From the UHGV virus genome UHGV-0120925: DNA of 30,012 nt. One strand, 5' to 3'. Below the pieces are notes generated by a model, which saw nothing but the letters and a program-made list of their open reading frames with translations, searched no databases and was not told where the DNA came from. Of this stretch, positions 8,844 to 17,589 are shown one piece after another. The position numbers and the translations under genes are program-made. This DNA is from a virus. The first letter of the stretch is position 1; every line of letters starts with the position of its first letter.

Positions 8844-9602
8844 TTATCCTCTCAGAAGTGAAGCCCCGGGGAACCCGCCATAATCCAGCTGCTCATTCTC
8901 TCCGAAACGAGGTTTGCAGCCCGTTGACAGCAGTCCGGAGCAAACATCCTGTGAAGGATCGTCCACACGGTTGCCGTCTTTATCGAACCAGCCGTTTTGC
9001 CCGGCGTAGGTGCAGCCGTTCCCGGTTTTGTACCAGCCCCGCATGCACCACGTGCACATTGGCTGAATTTGCCGGGTCGGAATAAGTTGCCCGCGCAGAT
9101 CGGCTGGACTGGAAAGCTCAAACTCTACGGTTTCATCGTCTGACCCTGATTTACGGTCAATGTAATAAACCTGTTTGCGCTCCTCGTTGGGATTCGCAGT
9201 CGGGTTCCCGCCAGGAAAATTTCTTGCGTCCAGGTAGTGTGCAAAGGTGTCATGGATGATCACCTTTGCTTTAGCCATCCCCTGAAATCTTCGGCACAGC
9301 GCGCCAATCGTGCCGCTGATGTTTGCCACGGTGAGAGACGGCCGTGAACTCTGCCCGTCACTGCTGACAGATATGCCGGTCAGTTCATACGGCCACGCGC
9401 CATACTCCTGCCCCTGCCACCACACCGACTTCGGCTCAAGTTTTGACTCGTCGCCGCCTGCGGCGATGATTTCCGCCTCGGTATGCGGGATTGTCTCGTT
9501 GTGAAAGCGAAGAATACCCGCACCGAACGCTGAGCCGTCCACCTCGATCAGGCGGACGCGCTTACCCGGTTCCAGTTTCTGGACATCAGATGAAATACTC
9601 AT
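8844..9602 (-). CDS. L: Minor tail protein L
   Basis: Similar to lambda L (WQGQEYGAWPY..., Cys-rich C-terminus). Start placed at ATG 9602 because it forms an ATGA overlap with the M stop; the longer track ORF from 9692 is an upstream extension. Confidence 0.85.
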   Translation of the reverse strand: MSISSDVQKLEPGKRVRLIEVDGSAFGAGILRFHNETIPHTEAEIIAAGGDESKLEPKSVWWQGQEYGAWPYELTGISVSSDGQSSRPSLTVANISGTIGALCRRFQGMAKAKVIIHDTFAHYLDARNFPGGNPTANPNEERKQVYYIDRKSGSDDETVEFELSSPADLRGQLIPTRQIQPMCTWCMRGWYKTGNGCTYAGQNGWFDKDGNRVDDPSQDVCSGLLSTGCKPRFGENEQLDYGGFPGASLLRG

Positions 9603-9937
9603 GGATGGTATGCCTGTATGAATGTGCTGCTGAGGGTGTATTTTTTGTTGCCGTGGGTAGATATCTGGAAGGATTCCGCGCGCCATAAACATGAAGGCTC
9701 AAGCGGCGGCTTCCAGATAAATGACTTCCACCCGGCATGTCTGTTGAGAAAGTTTTTAATGGCCTGAATGTAAGCCTCGTCACCGGTAAAGCTCACGCTC
9801 CACTGAGGTGTTACCGGGTTGATACCGTCTCCGGCCACCTGCGCATAGCCATCGCCAAACTGTGCCTTTCGGGTACGAAAATTTGTATCAACCTGAGAGG
9901 CAACCTTTGGGCACCAGCTGAAGGTTTCGACTGCCAT
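9599..9937 (-). CDS. M: Minor tail protein M
   Basis: Similar to lambda M (FGDGY.Q, GGWKSF.W.PP). Start at ATG 9937 with RBS AGGGGG, directly after the tape-measure stop. Confidence 0.85.
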   Translation of the reverse strand: MAVETFSWCPKVASQVDTNFRTRKAQFGDGYAQVAGDGINPVTPQWSVSFTGDEAYIQAIKNFLNRHAGWKSFIWKPPLEPSCLWRAESFQISTHGNKKYTLSSTFIQAYHP

Positions 9938-9939
9938 GG

Positions 9940-12900
9940 TTAAACCCCCTTGATTAAACGCCACAGAGGCGATCCAGGCATGCTGGCCTGTTCATTAATG
10001 ACGCCAGTGATGGCATCCTTAAGCTGCCAGCCTGCTGCTCCGGCAGTACCCTGACTGGACGCCTGTGGAGATCCGCCCTGAATATTGATATCGCCGAAGT
10101 TAACTGAAGGCACGCCGCCAGAGACCTGCGGAGTACCAACTGCCCTAACGCCAAGCGAACCGTCAGCTGCCCGCGTGAGTGGCATAATGGCTTCCGGTCC
10201 TGCCTCGGCAAAAACCCCTGCGCCTTTGGCAAAAGCAAACAGCTGAGGCGTCTGGAAAACGCCATTGCTGAAAGCGCTCAGGGACGGAGAGTCGTAAACA
10301 TTACCCTTCGCATTAAAGGTGAAGTTCGCCCCAGCATTCTGAATAGCGGTACCGCTGCTGGCGGTAGCGGATGACGAAGCCCCAAAACTGAACAGTGAAC
10401 CAATTGAGCTAACGCCATTAGCAACAGCCATATTCACCAGCACGTTCTGGATAATCTTCAGTACGCTGACGCCCCAGTCCTTCCAGCTGTCAACGTTGCC
10501 ATTGAGCATGTCGGTGATCGTGGTGACCGCGCCCCCCATAGCCTGCTTCATGCCGTCAGCGGCCATGGAAGAATAGTCAGTAGCTTCGTCCACCCAGTTC
10601 GCATAACCCTCAGACAGTCCCGTCATCCAGTCGTCACGCTGCGCATCAGAAGCTGCGTAATATCCCTCCTGGTCGCGCAGACGCTCCTCGAGATAGCGCT
10701 TATTAAGTGCCAGTCCCTGCTGATAGAACGTCTCGTCGATTTCACCAGCCTGACGCTGGCGGAGAAGATCGGTATTCTTTTGCTCGAACTCCTTACGCAG
10801 ATTGAACTGCTCCTGAAGTCTTTCACGGAACCTGGAGCCCTGCCCGTAGCCCAGCAGTTGCGCTTCATTGGCTGCGCGGGCGCTGGCGTTACTGTCAGCA
10901 AGGTTGGCTTCGTAATTTCGCAGTTGCTCACGTAATTTAACCTGGTCAATCAGCGCAGCATTCTGCAATACCGTCTTTTTCTGGGCTTCTGTCAGAGAAG
11001 CAAGTTCGCCCTGACTAACCTGGTATTTAACCTTCGCCAGTTCAGTATTCTGGCCTTGCAGGGCAATCTGCTCTTTTTGCTGTTTGATCAGCTTGTCATA
11101 GGCATCAGCTGTTTTTTCCGCCTCGGATTTCCCGCCCTTATGGCGGCTTGAGTCACGAATAGCTTGCAACTGCCTGGCTGACTCAACTTCCATGCTGACA
11201 TACTTCTCACGCCAACCAGCAGGGAGATTAAGGTCAGATGCATCGAATTCCGCCTGCTTGCGGGTTTTGTCCAATCCCTTAAGACCGGACAACTCAAGCT
11301 GTCGCTGCGCCTTGTCTATAGCTTGCTGCTGCTTATTATCAAGTGCAGGAAGTACAGGCCCTGCATATTTTGGTGGGGACACTGCTGTAGACTGTCTGGA
11401 AACCTTGTTCAGACGGTCATACATCTCTGTAAGATAACTTACGGCGCCAGCCATTTCTACTGTTTTATTTATAGCCTGATCAGTTATGTCGTTTATTAAC
11501 TGTTGTGTTTGCTTTCTTTTATTGAGCATTTGCTCAAGTCGGCCTTCTTCAACCGCAAGTTCTGAAGCAAACTCTGCTGATTTCTCAACCGCATCGTTAT
11601 ACAGCCATGTTCCATCTGAAGCAGAATTGGCTGCTAATTTTGCGTTATAAAGTTGATTGGATAATTCAGCAACTTTCTGCTTCTGCTGTTCAATCGCACT
11701 ATTTTGAGCATCCAGTGAAATATTCGCCTGTCCAAGGTTGGCGGATATCTGCGTCTGAGACATTGATTTCAGATTATCTCGTACCTGCTCGATTGTGTCC
11801 GCATATTGGATTGCAGATTCCCTGGCTTGTTCTTGGCGTTGATACATCGTGTACCACGCCCCAGCACCCAACATTAAAATTCCTGGCAAACCACCAACTA
11901 ACGACAAAAGCCCCGTAGCGCCAGACTTGAATAAATTCATTACCGATGTTGATCGGTTGAGTGCTTCTTGCGACGCTGATACTGCTTTATTTGACTGAAC
12001 GAGAGTGGCATTGGCGGCTATCATTTCACGCCGTTTGGCAATAGAATTTTGTGTAGCTGTCGCTTCTGCATTTGTGTTTTTTGCAAGTTCCAACTCGGAT
12101 AGCGAGAGCTGATAAGCACGCTCGGCAGCAATCGCATCTGCTGCCGCCTTTCGTTGTGATTGGGTAGCAGATTCAGCCCTTGCAGATGCGAGCGCAATTT
12201 CGTTCTTTCTGGCATCTATTAATTGCGCCGTTTGGTTCCCAAGATCGCCAAACATCCCTCCAAGATAGCGAGCTCCACCTATTGCAGCCAAAGCTCCGGC
12301 AGCCGTAGCCACAGTGTCGATATTGTCAGAAACTGTATTCAATACAGCAACAAGAGCACTTGTCGCACCAGTAGCTTCATTAGCTCCACCTACCCATGCC
12401 ATGAAAGCATTTTCGACTTTCGTCGTGGCAGCAGAAACGGTCTGCGGCATTGCCTCAAATTCACCACGCATAGTGCCAAGTTGACTTATCAGGGCCGGGA
12501 CAACTTTATCTGCGGTTAGCATCCCCTGATCGGCCATTGCCTTCAGATCTTTACGAGCTACACCCATCCCAGCGGCCAGCGCACGGATAACTCGATCACC
12601 GTTTTCGTTAACAGAGTTGAATTCCTCGCCCCGCAGAACGCCCTGAGCTAATGCCTGACTAAACTGGGTGATAACAGAACTTGCCTCTGCCGTGCTGGCG
12701 CCGGATAGCTTTAGTCCAGTAGAAATGGCCTCGGTTACATCCAGAACTTGCTGCGAACTGTATCCGTATTCACGCATTGATGCGGCGGAACGCGCAAAAA
12801 GACTCGCATTATCAGAGAAGGCGGTTCCGGTTCGTTGGCTAATATCCATCAGCGCCCGCTGAGACTCCGTGAAATCATCAGACGATTGGGAAGCCTGCTT

Positions 12901-13206
12901 TAGCCTGGCATTAACAGAGCTCCATTCATCGGCCAGCGATATAAGATGACCAGTCGCAAATACTCCAGCAAATGCACCTGCCATTCCCAGCGCTGAGGCC
13001 TTCGCGGTGTTTATTTGACTAGTTACCTCAGCTAAGGCACGCTGAGTTTCACGCGAAGCTGCGGCCGCTTGGCGTCCTCCAGTCTGCATTACCCGGTAAT
13101 AGTCATTCCCCATTCTTGAAGCACGAGAAATTTCAGACTGAAATGACTGAGAGTTTGCAGATATTTTGATGATCAGTTCGCGCAACGTAGCCATATTTTC
13201 ACCCAT
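9940..13206 (-). CDS. H: Tail tape measure protein
   Basis: 1088 aa, coiled-coil and Ala/Gln-rich, at the position of lambda H between T and M. Start could be ATG 13206 or 13194. Confidence 0.9.
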   Translation of the reverse strand: MGENMATLRELIIKISANSQSFQSEISRASRMGNDYYRVMQTGGRQAAAASRETQRALAEVTSQINTAKASALGMAGAFAGVFATGHLISLADEWSSVNARLKQASQSSDDFTESQRALMDISQRTGTAFSDNASLFARSAASMREYGYSSQQVLDVTEAISTGLKLSGASTAEASSVITQFSQALAQGVLRGEEFNSVNENGDRVIRALAAGMGVARKDLKAMADQGMLTADKVVPALISQLGTMRGEFEAMPQTVSAATTKVENAFMAWVGGANEATGATSALVAVLNTVSDNIDTVATAAGALAAIGGARYLGGMFGDLGNQTAQLIDARKNEIALASARAESATQSQRKAAADAIAAERAYQLSLSELELAKNTNAEATATQNSIAKRREMIAANATLVQSNKAVSASQEALNRSTSVMNLFKSGATGLLSLVGGLPGILMLGAGAWYTMYQRQEQARESAIQYADTIEQVRDNLKSMSQTQISANLGQANISLDAQNSAIEQQKQKVAELSNQLYNAKLAANSASDGTWLYNDAVEKSAEFASELAVEEGRLEQMLNKRKQTQQLINDITDQAINKTVEMAGAVSYLTEMYDRLNKVSRQSTAVSPPKYAGPVLPALDNKQQQAIDKAQRQLELSGLKGLDKTRKQAEFDASDLNLPAGWREKYVSMEVESARQLQAIRDSSRHKGGKSEAEKTADAYDKLIKQQKEQIALQGQNTELAKVKYQVSQGELASLTEAQKKTVLQNAALIDQVKLREQLRNYEANLADSNASARAANEAQLLGYGQGSRFRERLQEQFNLRKEFEQKNTDLLRQRQAGEIDETFYQQGLALNKRYLEERLRDQEGYYAASDAQRDDWMTGLSEGYANWVDEATDYSSMAADGMKQAMGGAVTTITDMLNGNVDSWKDWGVSVLKIIQNVLVNMAVANGVSSIGSLFSFGASSSATASSGTAIQNAGANFTFNAKGNVYDSPSLSAFSNGVFQTPQLFAFAKGAGVFAEAGPEAIMPLTRAADGSLGVRAVGTPQVSGGVPSVNFGDINIQGGSPQASSQGTAGAAGWQLKDAITGVINEQASMPGSPLWRLIKGV

Positions 13207-13236
13207 AAAAAAACCCGCTTGATAGCGGGTCGTGAG
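13207..13236 (-). terminator. Intrinsic terminator immediately upstream of the tape-measure start
   Basis: On the minus strand ACCCGC-UAUCAA-GCGGGU is followed by seven U residues and then the ATG of the tape-measure gene. Confidence 0.55.
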
Positions 13237-13425
13237 TTATAAACTGTCTTTTCTTTTGTGAGCGACTTGTATTAATAAATCTATTTGCGCATCTTGTTTT
13301 TTATTTATCTCTTTAAGGGCTTCAACTTGTTCATTTGCCCTTGTGCTAAACCGTATTAAATAAAAAATCACAATTAGATTTATCAACCAGCCGAATATTC
13401 CAAACACTACTACCAGTGGTTCCAT
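13237..13425 (-). CDS. Small single-pass membrane protein (moron between T and tape measure)
   Basis: Strong RBS AAGGAGG 4 nt before ATG 13425. 62 aa with one hydrophobic helix (PLVVVFGIFGWLINLIVIFYLI) and a charged tail. Lambda has no gene at this position. Confidence 0.6.
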   Translation of the reverse strand: MEPLVVVFGIFGWLINLIVIFYLIRFSTRANEQVEALKEINKKQDAQIDLLIQVAHKRKDSL

Positions 13426-13482
13426 AACGCCTCCTTTTCTTAAGGAAAGAGCGTATCGCCACATTGATGACATGTGAAGCAA

Positions 13483-13761
13483 TTATTGTGTCGCAGCTGT
13501 AAGAGCAGCCTCAAGCCCTGCAAACGGGTCCTTCGGTTCTGATTGCTCATCGCCACCCCATCGCAGGATCGCATCGTCCAGCGGTACTTTTGCCCCCTGC
13601 GAACCGTAGATGGCAGAGACGAGCTGGGCTGCCTGAATGTCGCCACGGATATCGCCAACCGGACTTTGCCTGTCGAACTCAATCCACATCAGAAGCTCGC
13701 TTGCCGTCATATTCTGCCGAAGCTCTGAGAGCGTGCGCCCCATCCGGAGCGCAAGCGACAT
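13483..13761 (-). CDS. T: Tail assembly protein T region, expected to be made as a G-T fusion by -1 frameshift
   Basis: Sequence ...LRMGRTLSEL...ELLMWIEFD...GDIRGDIQAAQLVSAIY... matches the phage tail T family. The frame is open upstream to 13821, overlapping the end of G. Confidence 0.8.
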   Translation of the reverse strand: MSLALRMGRTLSELRQNMTASELLMWIEFDRQSPVGDIRGDIQAAQLVSAIYGSQGAKVPLDDAILRWGGDEQSEPKDPFAGLEAALTAATQ

Positions 13762-13769
13762 CAGAAACT

Positions 13770-14153
13770 TTACCCCGGGGGTTGAGACTTTTCCCGCGCT
13801 TCGTCCGCATTGTTGATCAGGTCAAGCGCCTGTTTGAGCAGACGTGAGTGCACGGGCCCGTAAATTTCACGCACCTGCTCTTCTTCGTCTACGCTGAATA
13901 CCGGTTGCTTATCGGTGTCACACAGAACGTCAATGAAGAGCACCACGTCAGCGCAAAGATTACGGTGCGCCTTTTCCGATACCGACACATTTTCATCGTC
14001 GGCCCCCCCTTTCACCACTTCCTGCCAGCGCAGCCAGGCTTCACCTGACGGCTCACGGAGAACCACTTTGACGCCTTCCCACTCAGGAACGGCGACCGTC
14101 TTATGACGAAATCCCGACATCTTAGCCAGGGCGAGATTTTTAATATTCTTCAT
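13770..14153 (-). CDS. G: Tail assembly chaperone G
   Basis: Position directly after the tail tube gene, RBS GAGAGG, acidic protein, followed by the overlapping -1 frame T ORF. Confidence 0.8.
   Translation of the reverse strand: MKNIKNLALAKMSGFRHKTVAVPEWEGVKVVLREPSGEAWLRWQEVVKGGADDENVSVSEKAHRNLCADVVLFIDVLCDTDKQPVFSVDEEEQVREIYGPVHSRLLKQALDLINNADEAREKSQPPG
13788..13795 (-). other. Candidate programmed -1 ribosomal frameshift site GGGAAAAG
   Basis: On the minus strand the G frame reads CGG GAA AAG, six codons before the G stop. A -1 slip of the Lys tRNA from AAG to AAA enters the T frame (predicted junction ...AREK/VSTPGVKFLMSLALR...). Resembles the lambda GGGAAAG site but with one extra A. 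Confidence 0.45.
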
Positions 14154-14161
14154 GAGACCTC

Positions 14162-14605
14162 TCAGGAGCCAGACTCGATGTTTTCAGGCTTACCTTTCAG
14201 GCGCAGGGAGAACGTTGCCGCCACTACGCCGTTGGTACCGGAAGACCAGGTGTGCTGGCGGATTTCAGCCAGGAACTTAAAGCCCTTGCCGGACGGGAAG
14301 ATAACCTGGAACGCGTAGGTCGTATCGTTGTCATACGCTTCACGCAAGGCGTCCTGCGCCTGATTCTTGTAGAAGTTGCCGGACAGAGAGATTTCTGACG
14401 GAGAAGACAGGCCGTTGATGTTCTCCTGCTCGGTAGAGCAAAGTGTTGTTACGTCGATATCCTGCTTCTGACCACCGGTGAACTGAATTTCTTTGATGGT
14501 GCAACTCAGATCGAGGAAGGTTGCTGAATCCATCGTTTCTTTGGTGGCTGGCAGGGAGGAAATAAGGATCTTCGTCAGCTGCGATTTTTCATAAAGTGCA
14601 GACAT
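14162..14605 (-). CDS. Major tail (tube) protein
   Basis: 147 aa at the position of lambda V between the tail terminator and G. RBS AGGAGA. Hairpin directly upstream. Confidence 0.7.
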   Translation of the reverse strand: MSALYEKSQLTKILISSLPATKETMDSATFLDLSCTIKEIQFTGGQKQDIDVTTLCSTEQENINGLSSPSEISLSGNFYKNQAQDALREAYDNDTTYAFQVIFPSGKGFKFLAEIRQHTWSSGTNGVVAATFSLRLKGKPENIESGS

Positions 14606-14611
14606 ATCTGT

Positions 14612-14645
14612 CTCCTGGAAAAAGAAAACCCGCCATTAGCGGGCT
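14612..14645 (-). terminator. Terminator-like hairpin between the tail terminator gene and the tail tube gene
   Basis: On the minus strand AGCCCGC-UAAUG-GCGGGUU (one G-U pair) is followed by UUCUUUUU and then the tail tube RBS. Confidence 0.45.
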
Positions 14646-14663
14646 CGTTGGGTGAATTAATTG

Positions 14664-15011
14664 TCAGGGGGTAACTTTAAAATCCAGGGTGGCACGGTAG
14701 AGCCGACGGTCTGGCTCGTATCCGTGGATTTTTACCACCTCTGTAGGGTTTAACGGCTTAAGCGAAGAGAGCGCCAAATCTCTCAGAGAGCGTGATTCTT
14801 TTATGGTCGTTGAATACACATCGACCTGAACGGAAACCCTGCTCTCTGCCTGGCCACACATCACGTCAGCGGAAACATCATCGACGATGGAAAAGATAAT
14901 CCAGGGTGGAGTGACCGACGGTTTCCCGTCACTACCTAATGGCGCAACATAGGGGTATACCCGTCCCTCTGCCAGGGTAGAAAGCAAGGCGTAGATATTA
15001 TCTTCATTCAC
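14664..15011 (-). CDS. Tail terminator protein (gpU-like)
   Basis: GTG start overlapping the upstream stop (GTGA), SD GAGGTG. Position before the tail tube gene. Family assignment from recalled motif pattern only. Confidence 0.65.
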   Translation of the reverse strand: MNEDNIYALLSTLAEGRVYPYVAPLGSDGKPSVTPPWIIFSIVDDVSADVMCGQAESRVSVQVDVYSTTIKESRSLRDLALSSLKPLNPTEVVKIHGYEPDRRLYRATLDFKVTP

Positions 15012-15457
15012 TTGCTCAGCACCTCATCAATAGCCTGATTCATCCTGGCAATGGCGACGCTGGCGGCCTCTTCCTCGCGCGTATCGTAAGCGGGTCGCAC
15101 AAAAGGATGCGCAGGCATGTTCGCAGTGCCAAGCTCCACAAAGCGCCAGTAAAAGGCGTTTCTCGGGTTATTCGCCTTCATCGTGTTATCGCTGTTTCCG
15201 GTGCGCGGGTTAACGCCACGAATGTGGACACCGGAAGAAATTTCCCCGCGGCGGCGGCTTTTTTGGGTCACCACCACCACGTTTTTTTTCAGTTTGCCGG
15301 TTCGTTCAGGTGCCCTTTCTATCACCTCATCTTTCAGAACCTCAGCACCAGCTCGAGTGGCATCACGCAGAACTTTGTTGTTTTCGGCACGGCTCAGTAA
15401 TTCCAGATCGCGGGATATCTCTTCAAGGCCAGAAAAATCCAGAGTGATATCAATCAT
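15008..15457 (-). CDS. HK97 gp10-family tail-completion / head-tail adaptor protein
   Basis: ATGA overlap with the upstream gene. Motifs ...ELGTANMPAHPFVRPAYD... are typical of the HK97 gp10 family. Confidence 0.72.
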   Translation of the reverse strand: MIDITLDFSGLEEISRDLELLSRAENNKVLRDATRAGAEVLKDEVIERAPERTGKLKKNVVVVTQKSRRRGEISSGVHIRGVNPRTGNSDNTMKANNPRNAFYWRFVELGTANMPAHPFVRPAYDTREEEAASVAIARMNQAIDEVLSK

Positions 15458-15792
15458 TTTTCCGCTCCATTTTTACAGAGTATTTCCAGCCTGGTGGCTT
15501 TACTGTCGGGTATGGGGGGGCTGATGATATTCAGTACCGCGCCTTTAAATGGTCCTGTGAGCACCTTTAATCTTGACGCAGCAGTCACATCACGCCGGAA
15601 ACGGACCCACACCCGGATCGTTGCCTGCGCCGTTTCCGCCCCCGATTGCAACTGCTCCCTGCCACTGATACCCAGCACTTCCGCCCATATGGTCTTTCCC
15701 TCCTGCCACTCTTCAACCGGCTGGCCTGTCGTATCGCGAAAAGAAGAAAAGTTCAGGATAGTGATACGATGGCGTAATCGACCTGCCTGCAT
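15454..15792 (-). CDS. Head-tail joining (head closure) protein
   Basis: RBS AGGAGGG. N-terminus ...RLRHRITI... is typical of the phage head-tail joining family. Position after the gp6-like connector. Confidence 0.72.
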   Translation of the reverse strand: MQAGRLRHRITILNFSSFRDTTGQPVEEWQEGKTIWAEVLGISGREQLQSGAETAQATIRVWVRFRRDVTAASRLKVLTGPFKGAVLNIISPPIPDSKATRLEILCKNGAEK

Positions 15793-15800
15793 AATCCCTC

Positions 15801-16121
15801 CTACGTTCCCGGTCTTTTGCGGTGCTGTTTGAGAATAGCCTCAACACCGAATGGAATAGTATTGACGCTGTCGTGACTTACTGGCTCTCTGTTCTCATAC
15901 CAGTGCGATACAAGCAACATCAGGGCCAGCTTGACATCGTCATCAATTACCAGTCCATCCGGGTCATCTTCCGGAACAGCGTCATCATAAAGATGGCGAT
16001 TAACAATTTTTTCGGCATGTTTCAGAGAGGCATTAAGGTACAGTTCCAGCATTACATCTTCGGCATCGTCATCACTGTCGATGTGGCATTGGTAGCGAAG
16101 CTCTTGTATGGATGGCTTCAT
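15801..16121 (-). CDS. gp6-like head-tail connector protein
   Basis: Acidic ~106 aa protein with ...LKHAEKIVNRHL...LALMLLVSHWYENRE... typical of the gp6 family. ATGA overlap with the upstream ORF. Confidence 0.72.
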   Translation of the reverse strand: MKPSIQELRYQCHIDSDDDAEDVMLELYLNASLKHAEKIVNRHLYDDAVPEDDPDGLVIDDDVKLALMLLVSHWYENREPVSHDSVNTIPFGVEAILKQHRKRPGT

Positions 16122-16330
16122 TTGGTTTTCCCGCGTTTTGTTACCGCTGGCTCTGGATCTGACTCTGCAGCGACATGAACATCGCCACCACCAAATTTAA
16201 TAATGCGAAGTTCGGCAGCAATTTCCTCAGCGCGAGCAGGTAGCTCACCGTCCGAATACACCCCAGCGGGAATGGATTCGACAATACAACCATCTGGGGA
16301 CCACTTAAGTTCACGCAGTAATTCAGGCAT
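16118..16330 (-). CDS. Hypothetical 70-aa protein between major capsid and connector genes
   Basis: SD GAGGTG before ATG 16330, and translationally coupled (ATGA) to the connector gene. No recognisable family. Confidence 0.5.
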   Translation of the reverse strand: MPELLRELKWSPDGCIVESIPAGVYSDGELPARAEEIAAELRIIKFGGGDVHVAAESDPEPAVTKRGKTK

Positions 16331-16339
16331 AAATCACCT

Positions 16340-16362
16340 CGAAAATCGGGGCCGAAGCCCCA
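16340..16362 (-). terminator. Hairpin immediately downstream of the major capsid gene
   Basis: On the minus strand GGGGC-UUCG-GCCCC is followed by GAUUUUCG. Expression-balancing hairpins after capsid genes are common in phages. Confidence 0.45.
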
Positions 16363-16367
16363 CAGAA

Positions 16368-17576
16368 TTAAGCGCCAGTGCCGATCTGCAGCAGTTTAAT
16401 GGCCTGAGAATCCACCAGCATTCCCCCGGTGCGTTTGGTGGTATAGAAACCAACGAATGGTTTTTTGGTGTAGGGGTCACGAAGAATGCGGGTGCCGATG
16501 CGGTCAACGATGGTATAGCCGCGTTTAAAGTTACCGAACGCAATGGCTTTCGCATCAGCAGCGATATCCGGCATTTGCTCATTCTCAGCAACGCCATAAC
16601 CCGCCAGAGAGGAAGGCTGGCCCAGCTCAAGGCCCGGACGCCAGAGATAGTTACCCTCTGAGTCCTTCAGAATGCGAACCGCAAACAGACTGTTGTTGTT
16701 CATCATGAACTTAGCGCCGTTGCGGTGCACCTTGCGCATGGTGTAGACCAGCTTGATAATCGCATCGGCCGTCACACCCGCCGCCGCACCGGAAAGAATG
16801 TGCTGCAGGGTGCCAAAAGCACGGGTTTTATCGTCATCCAGAGAAGAGGCATAGGCCAGAAAGCCTTTCGGTTTTTTCGTACCGTTGCCGCTGGTAAAGG
16901 CGATTTCTTCCTGCTCTGCAAACTCAATTGCCAGTTCGCTGTTGATCCAGTCTTCGACGTTGAAAAAGGCATCATCCAGCATGGTTTGAGTCGCCTGCGG
17001 GTTACCGTAAATTTCTCCCATGAACGGCTCAATCTGACCGAGTTTAGACGCATCGGTTTCCGGGCGGGCATCAGTTTCACCAACCCAGCCGGAAGCCGTA
17101 CCGCCGAGATTAACCAGTTTTTTATAGTTAGCGCCGCCGACTGTGATGGTTGTCGCCTCCTGGCGCATCACCACTTCATCTTTCAGAAGATTAAGGATCG
17201 TGCGATCCAGCTCTTCCGGCACGGCGTAGCCACCATCTTCATCCACACCGACCTGCAGAGCTTTGCGTTCAAGTTCGCGCAGCCCGTCATCTTTACCCTT
17301 ACGCATAAAGTCAATGAAAGCGGTTTTATGCTCGCTTGCGGCTTTGCTCTGATAACCACCAGTTGGACGTTTAACCTGCTTCAGTTCCTCTTCCAGCGCG
17401 GATTTAAGCTCATCCAGTTCAGACAACTTGCCGTTTAATGTTTCAACCTCCCCCGCCAGATTGCCCTTTTCCTGTTCAACTGCTTCCAGGCGCTTATCGT
17501 TCTTTTCTTTGAACGCATCAAACTTCGCCTGCAGTTCCTGCGCGACCTGCTCTACGTCTTTAACGTCAACTGACAT
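16368..17576 (-). CDS. Major capsid protein, HK97 fold family
   Basis: 402 aa, RBS AGGAG. Position after the prohead protease. N-terminal coiled-coil delta-domain-like region followed by a capsid body. Confidence 0.9.
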   Translation of the reverse strand: MSVDVKDVEQVAQELQAKFDAFKEKNDKRLEAVEQEKGNLAGEVETLNGKLSELDELKSALEEELKQVKRPTGGYQSKAASEHKTAFIDFMRKGKDDGLRELERKALQVGVDEDGGYAVPEELDRTILNLLKDEVVMRQEATTITVGGANYKKLVNLGGTASGWVGETDARPETDASKLGQIEPFMGEIYGNPQATQTMLDDAFFNVEDWINSELAIEFAEQEEIAFTSGNGTKKPKGFLAYASSLDDDKTRAFGTLQHILSGAAAGVTADAIIKLVYTMRKVHRNGAKFMMNNNSLFAVRILKDSEGNYLWRPGLELGQPSSLAGYGVAENEQMPDIAADAKAIAFGNFKRGYTIVDRIGTRILRDPYTKKPFVGFYTTKRTGGMLVDSQAIKLLQIGTGA

Positions 17577-17589
17577 AATTAACTCCTGA

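Noticed and set aside
9603-9692. N-terminal 30-codon extension of the L ORF in the track
   Set aside because: ATG 9602 gives an ATGA overlap with the M stop and a protein length close to lambda L; the extension overlaps M.
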